Positions 45,902-61,022 of a stretch of DNA of 64,000 nucleotides are shown here, in pieces (the first letter of the stretch is position 1; the number at the start of each line of letters is the position of its first letter). This DNA comes from the human T2T-CHM13v2.0 reference genome, Homo sapiens, in assembly GCF_009914755.1 (NCBI RefSeq), contig NC_060931.1; one strand, written 5' to 3'. The notes under the pieces were generated by a model, which was not told where the DNA came from, did not search any database, and was given only the letters and a program-made list of their open reading frames with translations. The position numbers were made by a program, and so were the translations under genes.

Positions 45902-46087
45902 GGCATACAGAGTGGTGTAATGGACTTTGGAGACTCAGAAAGGGGGAGGGTAGAGAAAGGGGTGAAGGAGAAAAAACTACATACTGGGTAAAATGTACAC
46001 TACCTGGGTGATGGGGGCACTAAAATCTCAGACTTCATCACTATACAATTCATCCATGTAACCCAAAACCACTTGTACCCCAAAAGC

Positions 46088-46088
<1 letters not shown>
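45902..46088 (+). mobile_element. L1PB-like 3' UTR stub
   Basis: aatggactttggagactcagaa...catccatgtaacccaaaaccacttgtacccc; possible TSD gaagatgatg / gaagatggtg. Confidence 0.8.
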
Positions 46089-46092
<4 letters not shown>

Positions 46093-46129
<37 letters not shown>

Positions 46130-46145
46130 CACACACACACACACA

Positions 46146-46216
<71 letters not shown>
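46093..46216. repeat. Compound (AT)15(CA)~44 microsatellite
   Basis: Read directly; occupies the L1 tail position. Confidence 0.98.
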
Positions 46217-46813
46217 GAAGATGGTGCCAGGGCTGCTGGATGGTGTCCCTGAAGTCTACACAACACCCAGGACATGTCAAAACTGCTCTTACCGTGACAG
46301 CTTGGGGAATCAAAGTAAAACCCCTCTCCATGATGCTCTTTTCAGAAAACAAGTAAAAAGTGGGGAAGAACTTAAGAGAGAATGTGTAACCCAATTGTTC
46401 ATATGATGTGTGAAAAAGCCAAGCAGAGGAAGGGATTCCAAAAAGACAAGAAACTCATTTAATACAGAGCAGCGTATAGTAATAGATGAAACAAACACAA
46501 CAATTTTTCCTGCCAGGTTGAGGGCTGAAGAAAGCATATCATGTTAAGGCTGCAGATTTGAGTACATAGGGGGGGTTCAAGTGATTCCTTTTGTGGGGGA
46601 AGGGGCAGATAGTCTATGGATACCCTGGGAGGTGCATTCTTTATTGTCAGATAAGGAATTCAGAATATAAATCTATTACGTCAGAATTTTATATTATTCA
46701 GATCCCTTTTATCCTTATTGTTTTGTCTAGTTGTATTATTATGGATGTCTATCTAAATTTTCTAAAATTCTGCTTTATATATTTTGATGCTATATTACTT
46801 GGTGTGCTAAGAT

Positions 46814-47296
46814 TGCAGTAGCAAGTCTCAATAAATGGCGGCTGCCATCAATTTCCTTCTCTCCTTATTTGCACACACTGTTGCTCGTATCAAGGGATGG
46901 ATTTTATTCATCTTCCATTGAATCTGAGTTGGCCTTAGTGACTTACTTGACCTACAGAATATGGTAGACGTAATGTCTGAGACTACCAATGTTAGGTCAT
47001 AAGAAGCCTGAGCCTAGGCCTTTTCTCTTGAGATGCTACCTCTTGGAACCCAGCTGTCATGCTGTGAGAAGCCCATGAAGATGCCCTGGTTGACAGCCCC
47101 AGTTGAGCTCTCAGCTGAAAGCCTGCGAATGAGCCATCTTGGACATTCAAGCCAACTGACCTCCCATATAACTGCAGTCCCAGACAATGTCACACAGAGC
47201 AGAACTGCCAGCTGAGTCCGGTCAACTGACAAGATTATGAGTGATAATAAAATGACCGTTTTAAGTCTTTAGATGATTATATGGCAACATCAAATT
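46814..47296 (+). mobile_element. MLT1G-like MaLR LTR
   Basis: ttgaatctgagttggccttagtgacttacttgacc...gccatcttggacattcaagcc. Confidence 0.75.
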
Positions 47297-47668
47297 GGAA
47301 AAAGATTCTTGACAGGTTCCCCCTCTATATCTCATCTAACATATTTTGCTTTGAATTCACACATGGGTCAAGTTTTGTTTAAGTAATACTGGTTGATATC
47401 TAATGGAGGGATGGTTGTGATATAATAGAAATAAAAAACAAAACACAAAACTGACAATACTGAAACAATGTTACTCAAGTTACCATTTGGCCCCAACATA
47501 TCTTTCTATCAATGCATCACCTCCCAGAGTATTTTCCATCAATGCATCACCTCCCATAGAACTTCCATAGCCTTTATATCCTAGTCACATCTATACTGCA
47601 CCACTGGTTTTTAACCCTGCCTGTTCATCAAAATCCCCATGGGGTTTTAGAAAAACTTAGGTGTATAG

Positions 47669-48069
<401 letters not shown>

Positions 48070-48799
48070 TGAGTTCTTCAACTAATCCTCACCCTTGGCT
48101 ATGTTTGAACACCACTAGATTATGCAAGCATATCCCATCGCTCTTGTCTCCATGCTTTTGTTTATATCATTTTCCTAGCCTGGGCAACTCTTCTTTCTCC
48201 TCTCCACATATGTAAATTTCACCTATTCTACAAGGCCTAGCCTAGATGCCAGCACCACCCTGTTGCAGCACCAGCTGCTATCTGAAAATCATACCTTGTA
48301 ACATAGCTCATAATATGGTTTGTTCCTGAGGACATGGCCCTGCCTTAATCTATGTTTATATCTGTAAATGCCTATCACAGTACTGTAAACACAACAATAA
48401 GGGCTTATACACCTATCAAATTAATCCTTTTAAGGCAATCATTCCTAGAAAGATAACTGGGCAAAATTCAATGACCAGTCATTTCCAAAAGGGAAGGTAT
48501 TGTTTTTGCTAAGAAGAGTGTCCAATACTGGGGTCTAGTTTTAGTTACATTACTTGTTTCTGCTTTATTAATATTTCTAGCTGGAGGAACACTTCTTTGC
48601 TTCCCTGACACACTGTAAACAAAACTGCAGGTGCAAACTGTCTGTAAGGTTCCACTTGAGTGGTTGACAGAAATACACAGATATCATGAAGGCACACACT
48701 TATCTTTCTACCTCAATTCAAAATAAAGTCTAGCAACATAAAAAGAAAAGTTTAATCTGAATACAGCCTTATTTTAAGCTGTTCTAAGGAAAATATTAT

Positions 48800-49100
48800 T
48801 TCTTTCTTTTTTCTTTTTAGACAGGGTCTTGCTCTGTTGCCCAGACTGGAATGCAATGGTGCGATCTTGGCTCACTGCAATGTCCACCTTCCAGGCTGAA
48901 GCGAGTCTCGTGTCTCAGCCTCCCAGGTAGCTGGGACTACAGGCACACGCCACCACACCTGGCTAATATTTTTGTATTTTTTGTAGAGATAGGGTTTCAC
49001 CATGTTGGCCAGGCTGGTCATGAACTCCTGGCCTCAGGTGATCTGCCCACCTCAGCCTCCCAAAATGCTGGGATTACAGGTGTGAGCCACTGTGCTCAGC
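48800..49100 (-). mobile_element. AluS
   Basis: Full dimeric Alu. Confidence 0.9.
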
Positions 49101-49229
49101 AAGAAACTGGTTTCTGATTGATTACCCATCCTAAAAAACTTTAGTAAGGCTGACTGTCTTCATTTTCAATACTTCAGTCAGTTATACCTATTATGATAAA
49201 TAAATGTATAGACAGTCAAAATCATAATA

Positions 49230-50510
49230 ACAATATTGATATGTTAGGGAAATTCCCTCTATTCCTTTTAAAATTTAGTTACCACTCAAAATGTAGAATG
49301 AATTTTTATCAAATGCTTTTTAAAATGTCTATTAATAATGACCATATAATCATTTGCCTTTGTTTTATTAATGACGTATTAGTTACATTAACAGATTTCC
49401 CAATATTGTAGCATCCTTGCCTTCTTGGAATAAATCATTTCTGATTGTGTATTATTCTTTTAAGACACTCTGAAATTCTATTTGCTAGTATCTATTCAGG
49501 ATATTGACTTATATTCATAAATGAGGCTGATCTGTAGTTTTCTTTTTTGTGTTAATTTTTCATGTTTTGTTATCAGGGATATTCAAGCTTCCAATCTTTA
49601 TTATATTCTGGAATAGTACAAACAACAGAAGAATAATCAGTTTCTTGAGGGTCAAACAATCTCGCTCATAGAGCTGTCTGGATCTTTGTTAGCAGTGTGT
49701 CTTAACGGTCTTTTGAATTTCTTCTTGGTAATTAGTCTGCTCAGCTTTCAACCTCTTTAGAAGCCAATTTTCGTAATGATAAAGGATTTTCCTACGAACA
49801 TTCTTAATCTAGATTTAAAAATGTATTGACTTAAATTTGAACATAGTATTTCTTATAATCATTTTAATTTCATCTGTTTCCTTGGTTATACTGATTTTCT
49901 TTTTCTTAATGTTGTAAATTTTTGTTTTCTCTTTATATCTGTCAGGTTTGTCAGAAGTTTAGCCATATTATTTATATAAAAAAACTGACATAATTTTATT
50001 TCCATTTTGGGAGGATTATTGTTTTATTTTATAATTTGTTGATTTCTATTTTTATCTTTTAAAATTTTCTCCTAATTTCTTTGTTGTTGTTGAGTTTTTT
50101 TTTGAGTTAAAATTTAGCTCATTTCTTTTCCATTTTAATTAATAATAAAATGCTAACTACATATTTGTAGATAAACTTTTCTCATTTTTGCTCATCTTTA
50201 AATACTATGTAATTTATCTTTAATTTAGAAAAGTGTTTTAAGATGTCCATATGGTCAGGTTATTTATGGCTATCTTTGAATGGTTGAATTTCTACTTTTA
50301 TTGAATTACAACAGAGACTATGATCTGTACAATTTCTACTTGGTAGGATTTATTGTTGTTTTCTTTAAAATGATGTATATACTTGGTTTTTGTTCTGGGA
50401 GTGTAATGGAAGTACTGTCTTTGTAAAGTTCTTTATTGATAAGGGTTTGTCTTATATAAATCCTTACTTATATTTTTCTATACTTCATTTGTCAAACTCT
50501 AAAAGAGAGT
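49230..50510 (-). mobile_element. Old L1M(E) ORF2 fragment
   Basis: atgaatttttatcaaatgctttt...catccttgccttcttggaataaatc...ctatttgctagtat. Confidence 0.75.
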
Positions 50511-50537
50511 TGAGTTTCTGTTTTCCTTCCCCCAGTA

Positions 50538-50989
<452 letters not shown>

Positions 50990-51266
50990 CTACTCATCAC
51001 TTCACATTTAATAAGTTCAATGAAAGCTAAAATTTAGATATCTCGTTTTTATCCTTAAGATTTTGCTCTAGTCTGTGTAAATCATTGTAACCAAGTGAGA
51101 GTGAAATTAGACTAACTTTATGCTTACACTCTATTTTAAACTATCAACATCTGTCTAAAGAGACATCATTTTTGGTTCAATCTTTGAGGAATTCAATTCC
51201 AAAAGAAAGTATAAATTGTTCAAGACTTACATTTCTAGTTAATTCTCTAATAAAATAACCCCATCA

Positions 51267-51587
<321 letters not shown>

Positions 51588-52688
51588 CAAACTACTATAT
51601 TTTGCAATAGATATAAAAGAATAGCATTTTCTAATAGTTGTTTCCTGGTTTATGTAATATTATTCTATATATCAAGAGAGCATCCCCAGTTTTAATTTGT
51701 TAATTTACTTGGCTGTTCTATAATTTCTGAACCACAGTCTTTCAGTCCCTACATTAAGTCACTGAAATTTTAATTATCTCAAATTATGACAACTTCTGTA
51801 ATTTCATAGGATTTAAAATATCTACTGCAACTAAATCTGGATCCAAGTTTTTGAGAACAAATTGCAACAAATTTTCCTGACAGTAAAATATAAATTCCCT
51901 TTGCTTAGACATTATTATACTTCTGTGCCTCTAAAAACTTCTGATGGAAGACTGCTGAACTTAAAACCAGTTTAAGTCATGCATGAGCAGAAGCTTATTT
52001 TTATTTGAAAGCTTTATAAAGAATGAATAATATCAATAAAATTGTTTCAAGGTTTTAGCTCGTGAAAGTTCTCAACAATATAATCAATTCTACCAGAAGT
52101 TCTGTTTAATAATTCTAAATATCCTTAAAAAGAAAATATAATGGTAAATTTAAATTTTAAAACATGTTGAGGAAAACAATGAGTGCAATATATAAAGATC
52201 AACATTTAGAAATCCGTAACAAAAGTCGCTACTAATGGTAACAATGCAGTTGTCTAGTAAGCAAAGACAATAGGAATTATGGACAGAGTTTGGTGATTGG
52301 AGCCAGCTGGAACCAAAGCAAATACCATGTTTATTACAATCATTACATGTATTAACAGCCTCTAGAGGTGCTGAATGGATGTGGCAACAGGAGGGGGAGC
52401 GGAAGGCAGGGGGGAGTTCAAGGATATTTACACAAGTGGATGTATCTGTTTAAACTGCTTTGATCTCTATTCACATTTTTTTGAACCTGTTCAATAATAG
52501 TATAAGAAAAAGTACAGCCAAGGCCAACTCTGACTTAAAATACATTTCAGAGTAAACCGCTCTCACTTGATGTTATATTTAACAATCTTTTATCATGTAC
52601 CCTTTCACCAAGGTCTTGAAAAAATTAGATGTTATCTGATTCATCCTCATTATATGGCCACAATGGCAGAAAAGCATGGTATGAACAC

Positions 52689-53149
52689 TGTGCTGGATGT
52701 CTTCTTTTTGTTGCCCCAGATAGTCTCTGCCCTAGAAATGGACCTGTATCTGCCATATGCCTCCAGTTTCTTACTGGCTTTGGCCAATGGGAAGTCTCGG
52801 CAGGAATTCAGAGAGAAGGAGAAGCATGAGGTCAGGATCCTCAACTCTTTGATTTTCCTCCCAGCAAAGCTGTCTAGAACTGACTGTGTTGCCACCACAA
52901 AGTCAATGTCCATCTCAGGAAGCCTGCTCTACTTGCTTTCTTCCTCCTGGATTCCAGTAACTGCTTCCCCTCTTCTTCTAGGGCCTGGGAATGGTAATGA
53001 ACTGACTGCGAGTAAGACTCAGGTCATAGCACCATCCCCTGAGTTCCCCTAAGCCCACATCTCTGCAAATCATGCCTGTGTCAAGAAATCCTTGAACTAC
53101 TTGAGTTTGAGTGTGCCATCTATTTCCTGTTGGGACCCTGGCTGATACA
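52689..53149 (+). mobile_element. LTR33-like ERVL LTR
   Basis: tttggccaatgggaag...tttgagtgtgccatctatttcctgttgggaccctggctgataca. Confidence 0.75.
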
Positions 53150-53443
53150 TCCTGTTTATAGATGGAGAAACCAGCGTGGGTGGCAACTTCTTCTCCAAGT
53201 TTCAGTTTTCTCATCTGTTAAAGAAGATGTTTGGACTGGGTAATCTATAAGGTGTCCTCTGTTAACATTTTAAGACTCCCTAAATGATATGGCAATGGCA
53301 ATGAAGATTTAAAAAAACATATATACTTTATGGACCCAACAACGTTATCGTTAAATATCTTTGCTGTCCTTTGGTTTAGTAATTACTTATGGAGTGTTCC
53401 AGTGTGGTGATATTCTCCTTCTCGGGCCCACTTCAACAACATG

Positions 53444-53692
53444 TCTCAAATACAAACATAGATAATGGTTTATCAGGAATATAAATATAATCTTTGAAAT
53501 ACTTCAGAATCTTTATTTTGTCAAAGTGAAGGTTTTCTAAACTGTGCTCTAATCTGTTTATTTGCATCAGAGCAATATAAAACTTTCTAATACATATGTT
53601 TTTCTCCCTATAGAAAACTAGTATGGTTGTGTGAAGTGAAAATCAAAACTAGTGATAATTTCACTGACTTTTCACAGAGGTGCAAAATTTAC
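53444..53692 (+). repeat. Local 249-bp direct duplication, copy B
   Basis: Matches 50538-50786 at an offset of 2906 bp. Confidence 0.97.
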
Positions 53693-53986
<294 letters not shown>

Positions 53987-54118
53987 ATAATTTAGTTCTT
54001 CAAAATTACATATTTAAATGAAGAATATTATAAAGAATTGGAATTCTAATTCTGCCAAGCACAGTCTTCTCATTATAACACCTTAACTGGTTATGGAAAC
54101 TATTAAGAATTAAATACT

Positions 54119-54430
54119 GGCCAGGTGTGGTGGCTCACACCTGTAATCCCAGCACTTTGGGAGGCTGAGGAGGGCGGATGACCTGAGGTTGGGAGTTCGA
54201 GACCAGCCTGACCAACATGGTGAAACCCCGTCTCTACTAAAAATACAAAATTAGTCGGGCATGGTGGTGCATGCCTGTAATCCCAGCTATTCAGGAGGCT
54301 GAGGCAGGAGAATCGCTGGAACTCAGGAGGTGGAGGTTGCGGTGAGCCGAGATCACACCATTGCGCTCCAGCCTGGGCCAACAAGAGTGAAATTCCATCT
54401 CAGAAAAAAAAAAAAAAAAAAAAAAAAAAA
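54119..54430 (+). mobile_element. AluSp/Sq-like
   Basis: cctgaccaacatgg, ggttgcggtgag, aacaagagtgaaa; TSD aagaattaaatac / aagcattaaatac. Confidence 0.9.
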
Positions 54431-55819
54431 GCATTAAATACCCATAAAATAATAATGGAGTCATCTCAAATTCACCCATTTGTAATCTAAGGGCTAGAAG
54501 GAGATGTTTTGACATATGGCAAAAAAATGTCTGAGGTCAATACAAAGATGAGAGTCTCACAGCAGGGAGCGCTGTGCCAATAACTTTGTCCTCACCTCTG
54601 CTCTGATGCATCCATTACCAGCAGAAGGGCTGTATTTCCTCACATCTACAGCTGCCTTGGCTCACATGGGGCCACTGGCTCCCTTTAGATATGTGGATGT
54701 CCCATCACCTGCTATTGCTGGTGTGGTTCTCTGATTCTCTCTCTGGGATTCTCTTTCTCTGAGTCTCTGCAGGTCCAGATCCTACCCATCTTTCAAGCCT
54801 CACTCACATATTGCTTCATCCACAAAGCCTTTCCTGATCTCCCAGCTGGAAGTAATGGCTCTTCTCTGAGCTTCCACTGCACTTCTATAGTACTTGACCC
54901 TTTCTATCTTGCATTATAGCTTTTCCATTTCTTGGCCACAATACATTTACAGTGTCATGCATGGAAGGTGCTCAGTAATTATCTGATAGCTAGATACATC
55001 AATAACCACAGGAAACTCCCAGTGGCAGTGCTGAAGATGGATAGAGGCAATCACCTAGACTGGAGAATATGAGGACAATACTGTCCCATAATAACTTAAT
55101 ATCTTTGAGTAATCATGTATCTTTAACAGAGGAAATGATCCTGTGGAGGGAAGAGCACTACCTGATTAGCTTCAGAGATTGTGTAAGAAGACTCACAGGG
55201 CAATGAAAGGCACAGGGAAAATGAGCTGAATGGGTGTTCCCTCCAAGTAGAGAGGAAAGGCATCTTGGGGGAAGAGAGCCACTCAGTAAACAGGGGGGCT
55301 GTGTACTCGTGTCAGGGGAGGGATGAAAATGACTCACTGAAGGACCAGCAAAGGTAGAATTCAGGGATCCAGGTTTCTGACCTTTTGTGATATCAGTGGC
55401 ACTTGCCATTTCTTACTGAGTCGTACACCTCTCCCCCATTTTATCTATGTCTAAGCAGATCTACCTACAAAAGGCCTAGACAGCAAGCCTTTAGGTCAAA
55501 GTAAGCTTCCAGTCAATTCATCATGTGAATGTCTACTCTGTGAGGTACCATGTTAGTCCTGGACAGTGTGGTCGCAAATTAGGAAAGCAATGAGTTAAAT
55601 GAGTTGGCTGAAGTACAACTGGGTTGGAGGGAGGGGTGGTGTCTGTGTAGCAATTTAAGTGCAGAATGCTACGGTCCTGTCCTAGTGTTCCTCCTGCCTT
55701 TGTCTCTTTTAAATTATTGCTTAATCTAAGGCGACATCCTCAGGCAGTCACTTTTCTTACATGAAGCACAATCCTTGTGGAGCACTCCATGTGCCTGTCC
55801 CCACCCCCGCTCCAATCCA

Positions 55820-56610
55820 TGCTGTATTCAGAACTCTGCAGTCTCTGACCCACAAATCCAACTGTCTCCCGGACATCACTACTTAGTGCTGCTACCAGTA
55901 TCTCAAATTCAAAATGCATGCATTGTCATTCCTCTGAAACTTGCTTTTCCTATATTTCTTCTCTCTGTAAGCAAAATCGCTACCTACCCAGTTTCCCTAC
56001 TTCTCTTGACTTTCAATGAAGCCACCATCAGATCCCGACAATTCCATCGAGAGCATGTCCTCTCCTGGATGGTCCAAATAGCTTCCTCTGTGGTCTTTTC
56101 CTGCCAACATGCCCCCTGCCACTCTGTCTTCTTTACTGCATCTGAAGCTGTGCTCACCACTCTCCTGCTTAAAATCCTTCATCCATTCTCTGGAGATTTC
56201 AGGGTCAAGCTCAACTCTAATTTACCTCCAATGCTCTCATAATCTGGTTCCCACCCACTCTCTGCCTTCATTGTCTGTTCCCCCTTCAGATGAAGGCTTT
56301 CTTTAACTTGTCAGAGACCGTGAGGTTCTTTAAACATGTGTGCTATGTCGTGCCTCATGTGGTCTTCCCATAGGCCCTTCTCTGGAATGCCCTCTTCACA
56401 ACCCCATTCTTAATTCCTGTGAACCTTGCCCTGCCTAGTCCTCCGCAAGCATAAATGATTGCAGCACTTACATTGCATCTCAATCATTGTATCCTTACGG
56501 TCTACTAGGCCCAAAGCCAGCCCTTTGAGGGTAGAGAGTATTTCTAAGTGGACTTTTAATCCCAGTCCCTCGCAGAGTGTTGTATAAAGCAAGCATAAAA
56601 TAAACATATG
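55820..56610 (+). mobile_element. L2 fragment
   Basis: tctcaaattcaaaatgc...ctcctgcttaaaatccttc...tctggaatgccct. Confidence 0.65.
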
Positions 56611-59569
56611 TTCCAACAAATGTATGGGTAGCCAGAAGACAGCAGAATGGAGAGTTACAGGATAAGGAGGGATAACACAGGGCAGGACAGAGTGTTTCTA
56701 TTATAGTATAAATTTTATAGGCCATAGTTGTGTCCCCATGTCCACACCAGGCATTCTGAGAGTCCACCAACATGATCTTTAGTCAACAGATGACTTTTTA
56801 ATAAAGTGCAAGGACCATTTTATTTTTGTAAAATGAAGTTTTAAAATGCCTGAAGGGCCTATGTTTTCCTTCAGGCTGCACTGTTTAAATTTCCTCTTGA
56901 ACTCGTGAAACTTAAAATAGTTACCACTTATTAAACGTCTATTATGTTTAAAGTAACAAACTCATTCTCTTTGTAGAAGTACAGTATAGTATAGTTTTGA
57001 TTTTGACACTAAACAATCATACATTTGATCTCCCTCTGCTTTCACCATAGAAACCAAGCAAATATTTGCAGACATTCCTTCAACCTTCACAGATAAGTAG
57101 AAATGAAAATTATTCTGAACACAGGATATGGCAGGCTGCAGGGCTCATTGTTTCCTCTTAGAAGTTGTTTTAACTCTTAAGGAAATCTATTTGCTTTGAG
57201 AGGCCACATTATTACTCAGATTTGTAAAAGAATTTAAAAATTGGGTTTTTCCTTGCTATGGAAACAGTCAAATGCCTCTAAGGTCCGTGCCTTCTTTCTC
57301 ATTGGTTACTATGCTCCTTTTGACACAGGTTGCAAGCAAACCTACTAAATGAGTACTAGCAGGTTATATGGTTAGTGCAAGTGATGAGGGAAATGGAAGC
57401 ATAGTTTTAAAATCCAAGTTCAGGCACACACATTCTTCAACATTTTAAAATTCCATGAGCACTGCCTTCCTTAAATGGGGAGGATTTGCAGATTGTCAGG
57501 TGGAAGCAGTCATGAAGGTATAGCTCATTCAGCTCATTCTGCAGTACGCTCTCCTCCTCAAACACTCCCATCTGAAATGGGTCATCGAGATGCATGCAGG
57601 AAAATAAAACCAGCCACAACATTTCCCAGTAATCCAGGCTACCAGAAATGAATTTATAGTCTACAGAGGACTGTGGTGGGGGGGGGGTCCCCACTATATT
57701 TTGTGCTTTAAGCTATTAAAGGAAAGACATAAAGAAAATATGCTTCTGAAGATTAGGGTGTTTCATGCTGTTCATTTAGCAAGATTAAAACTGCAAACAG
57801 AAAAGGAGGACACATCTGAGAGAAGGACTTAGATTGCAGCATTAGGAATTTGTGTTAGACAGAAGGAAGTATTTTCTGACAATAAGAACTGTTAAATACC
57901 AGAATGGATTACTGTGGGGCCTTGTAATGTTTTCTCTTCTCTAAAACTTTTCATTTTTATTTTGAGTGTAAATAAGTAGGGGGCTACGGAAGGAGAGAAA
58001 GGAAACATTTGTAAAGCACAGAAGATGTAATGTACTGCGCTGAATTAACTTTATCTGTTGTCTTATATAATCTTCAGTTTAATGGTGTGAGGCGAGTATC
58101 AACGACTCTATTTTTACAGATAAGGAAGCTGAGAATCACAGAAGAGCCAATGGCAGAACCAGGATCTGAAGCAGGTCTTATTGAACTCAGGTTCATTCTC
58201 CTCACTGTGGAGTCTAAATGACCTCAGGTCTTTTCTTTTTTGGTCTTAAGCCTAATTACAATAAAAAAGTTTGTATTTCCAGAATAGTCAACATTTCCAT
58301 AGTAATGCAGTTTACCAGAAAAGCTGACAAAAACAAAAGAAGTTGTTTTTCTAAGATAATGGGACCCCAAGGGATTTCACCAAGATAGCTGCCAGTTGAG
58401 GGATCAGGGTCATGGATGTGCAAATGACTGGGTCCTGGATGGAGGGTAGGGAAGGTTTGCCTACCCACAATGTTCTGCACAGGAGCCAGAAGTCGGGCAC
58501 TGTGTGCACAGGCATGTCTATGCTGTTCCCTAGATCCCTTCCCTGAAGACCAGGCATCACCCTTCCTCCCTAACATTTTCTCCTTTTGTATTCTATCTCT
58601 GCAAATGAGACCACCATCTCACCAGCTGCCCATGTCAGGCTCTTCCTCAAAATCACCCCTCACCCATTTATGCAGATGTAGTGTAAAAAGGGTGCCTTCT
58701 TGTTTACAAAAAAACAAAATGCACAGAAGACTAGAGCTGTGGAAATAGGAGAGAAGGAAAATACACAATTTAGGGAACCTAAATACTATGACCCACCATT
58801 TTCTAACACAGTCACTAAGCAACATTAAAAAAAATCATATTACTTGACATAAGAATTCTTTGGTTTTGAACACAGTGCAATTGTATGGACTCGACGACAT
58901 TATCTAGATTTTACCATCTGATTTCAAAGTTGCTAAAAAAAAAGGTCTAATATGTAATATGTGTCCTAGCCCTTTATTTAATTTCCTCTTTCTTTTATAA
59001 CACAGTTTTGCTGTACTTACTGAATTTTAAATGTCCTCAAAATCTAAAATTCATTTCATATCTCTTCTATGAGCAGAGATGAAAGAAAGGATCATTGAAA
59101 GGGAATATAGTTCTGTTGATTAAATAATTACAGAATATATACATTCATTTGCTCTTAATGAGCCACAATGCTTTTCTTAAAATTGTCTCAGTTTCTAGGA
59201 AGAACCACACTAATACCAAGGACTTACAGAGTATTTCTAGGTATATCCGCTGTCAGGAGAGATACATGTGTGAACATAAAAACCAGCGGAAGGCTTCTCA
59301 CCTAGACTCAGGGACTCATGCTGCATGCGTGTTGGGGGCAGTGTGGTTGCTGCATGCAAACACTACTTGAAAGGAAAAGTAACCCTCTGAGTTTGAGTAA
59401 AACTTGGCTTCTAACTCAGAACTAATTCAAAGAAACGCTATATTTCCATTTATAAACATTTCAAAGAATGTTACTGCTTTCTAGAAACCTGTGGCAGGTA
59501 GCTTCTTTTATCCTGGAAACTGTTAGGGCTTTCAAAATGGCCTAAGAAATATTCCACAAAAATTATAGC

Positions 59570-60037
59570 ATACCATTATTTTGCACTAAACTCCTGCACT
59601 AGGCCCCAACAGACTGGACTAAAAGTTAAAATGGAGTCACTTATGCTCACCAAACCAAAACTGGGTAAATCAGGAGAGACAGAGAAGTCAAAAGAGAAAG
59701 ACAGCCTAATTTCCCAAACAGGCCAGTTTCTATCTTAAATCAGCATGACAATGAAGTTCCCTCTGTTTTAATCTTTACAATAGAGTAACTTGAAGTAACC
59801 TGATGTTAAGCAGTTATCTATTGTTCTGTCTCCCTGTCCCTTACATGGACGTAACTTTGAAATGACCAAGCTGCTTTCCGTTCTTTTGTTTCTGCTTTCT
59901 TCTGCCCCTTTTCTGTCTATAAAGCCACTCTCCTTTGTTTGACTAACTGGAACACTTACTCTATTTTACAGAATGTGGTGTTGCCCATTTCTAGAATTGC
60001 AATAAAGCCAACTGAGATCTTTAAACTAAATTTGTTG
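59570..60037 (+). mobile_element. ERV1-class solo LTR (family uncertain)
   Basis: aaaatggagtcac, TATAAA at about 59918, AATAAA at 60001, gatctttaaactaaatttgttg. Confidence 0.65.
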
Positions 60038-60120
60038 GAATCACAGAAGTGATCACAGTGATATCTAAGAAAAACATGTATTACATATTTTAACTATCTT
60101 TTAGTAACTGAAAGTACTTT

Positions 60121-61022
60121 TTTCTCATTTATGTATTTATTTATTTTTGTACATGAGTAAGTTCTTTAGCGGTGATTTCTGATTTTGGTGCACCCATCAC
60201 TTGAGTAGTGTACACTGTACCCAATGTGTAGTCTTTTATCTCTCACCCTCCTCCCGCCCCTTCCCTGAATCCCCAAAGTCCACTGTATCATTCTTATGCC
60301 TTTGCATCCTCATTGCTTATGAGTGAGAACATACCATGTTTGGTTTAACGTTCCTGAGTTACTTCACTTAGAATAATCGTCTCCAATTCCATCCAGGTTG
60401 CTGCAAATGCCATTATTTTGCTCTTTTTATGGCTGAGTAGTATTTCATTATATATATAATGAAATATATATATACCACATTTTCTTTATCCACTTGTTGA
60501 CTGATGGGCATCTGGGCTGGTTCCATATTTTTGCAATTGTGAACTGTGCTGCTATAACATGCATGTGCAAGTATTTTTTTCGTACAACTTATTTTCCTTT
60601 GGGTAGATACCCAGGAATGGGATTGCTAGATCCAATGATAGATCTACTTTTAGTTCTTTAAGGAATCTCCACACTGTTTTCTATAGTGATGTACTAGTTT
60701 ACATTCCCACCAACAGTGTAAAAGTGTTCCCTTTTCACCACACCTGTGCCAACATCCATTTTTTTTTTTATTATGGCCATTCTTGCAGGAGTAAGGCAGT
60801 ATTGCATTGTGGTTTTGATTTGCATTTCCCTGATAATTAGTGATGTTGGACATTTTTTCATATATTTGTTGGCCATTTGTATATCTTCTTTGGAGAACTG
60901 TCTATTCATGTCCTTAGCCCACTTTTTCAAAGGAATGTTTGTGGTTTTTTTCTTGCTGATTTTGTTTGAGTTCCTTGTAGATTCTGGATATTAGTCCTTT
61001 GTTGGAAGTATAGATTGTGAAG
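60121..61022 (-). mobile_element. 5'-truncated L1PB-like element
   Basis: ORF 60694-60930 ([20 protein letters not shown]...) is the L1 ORF2 C-terminus. TSD aaagtactttt on both sides. Confidence 0.92.

Noticed and set aside
46000-46275. CV/YI-repeat ORFs
   Set aside because: They are translations of the microsatellite.
52567-53052. Longest ORF (161 aa)
   Set aside because: It lies mostly within an LTR33-like repeat, has a non-ATG start and resembles no protein I recognise.
57676-57692. G-run as a G-quadruplex
   Set aside because: A single homopolymer without four separated G-tracts.
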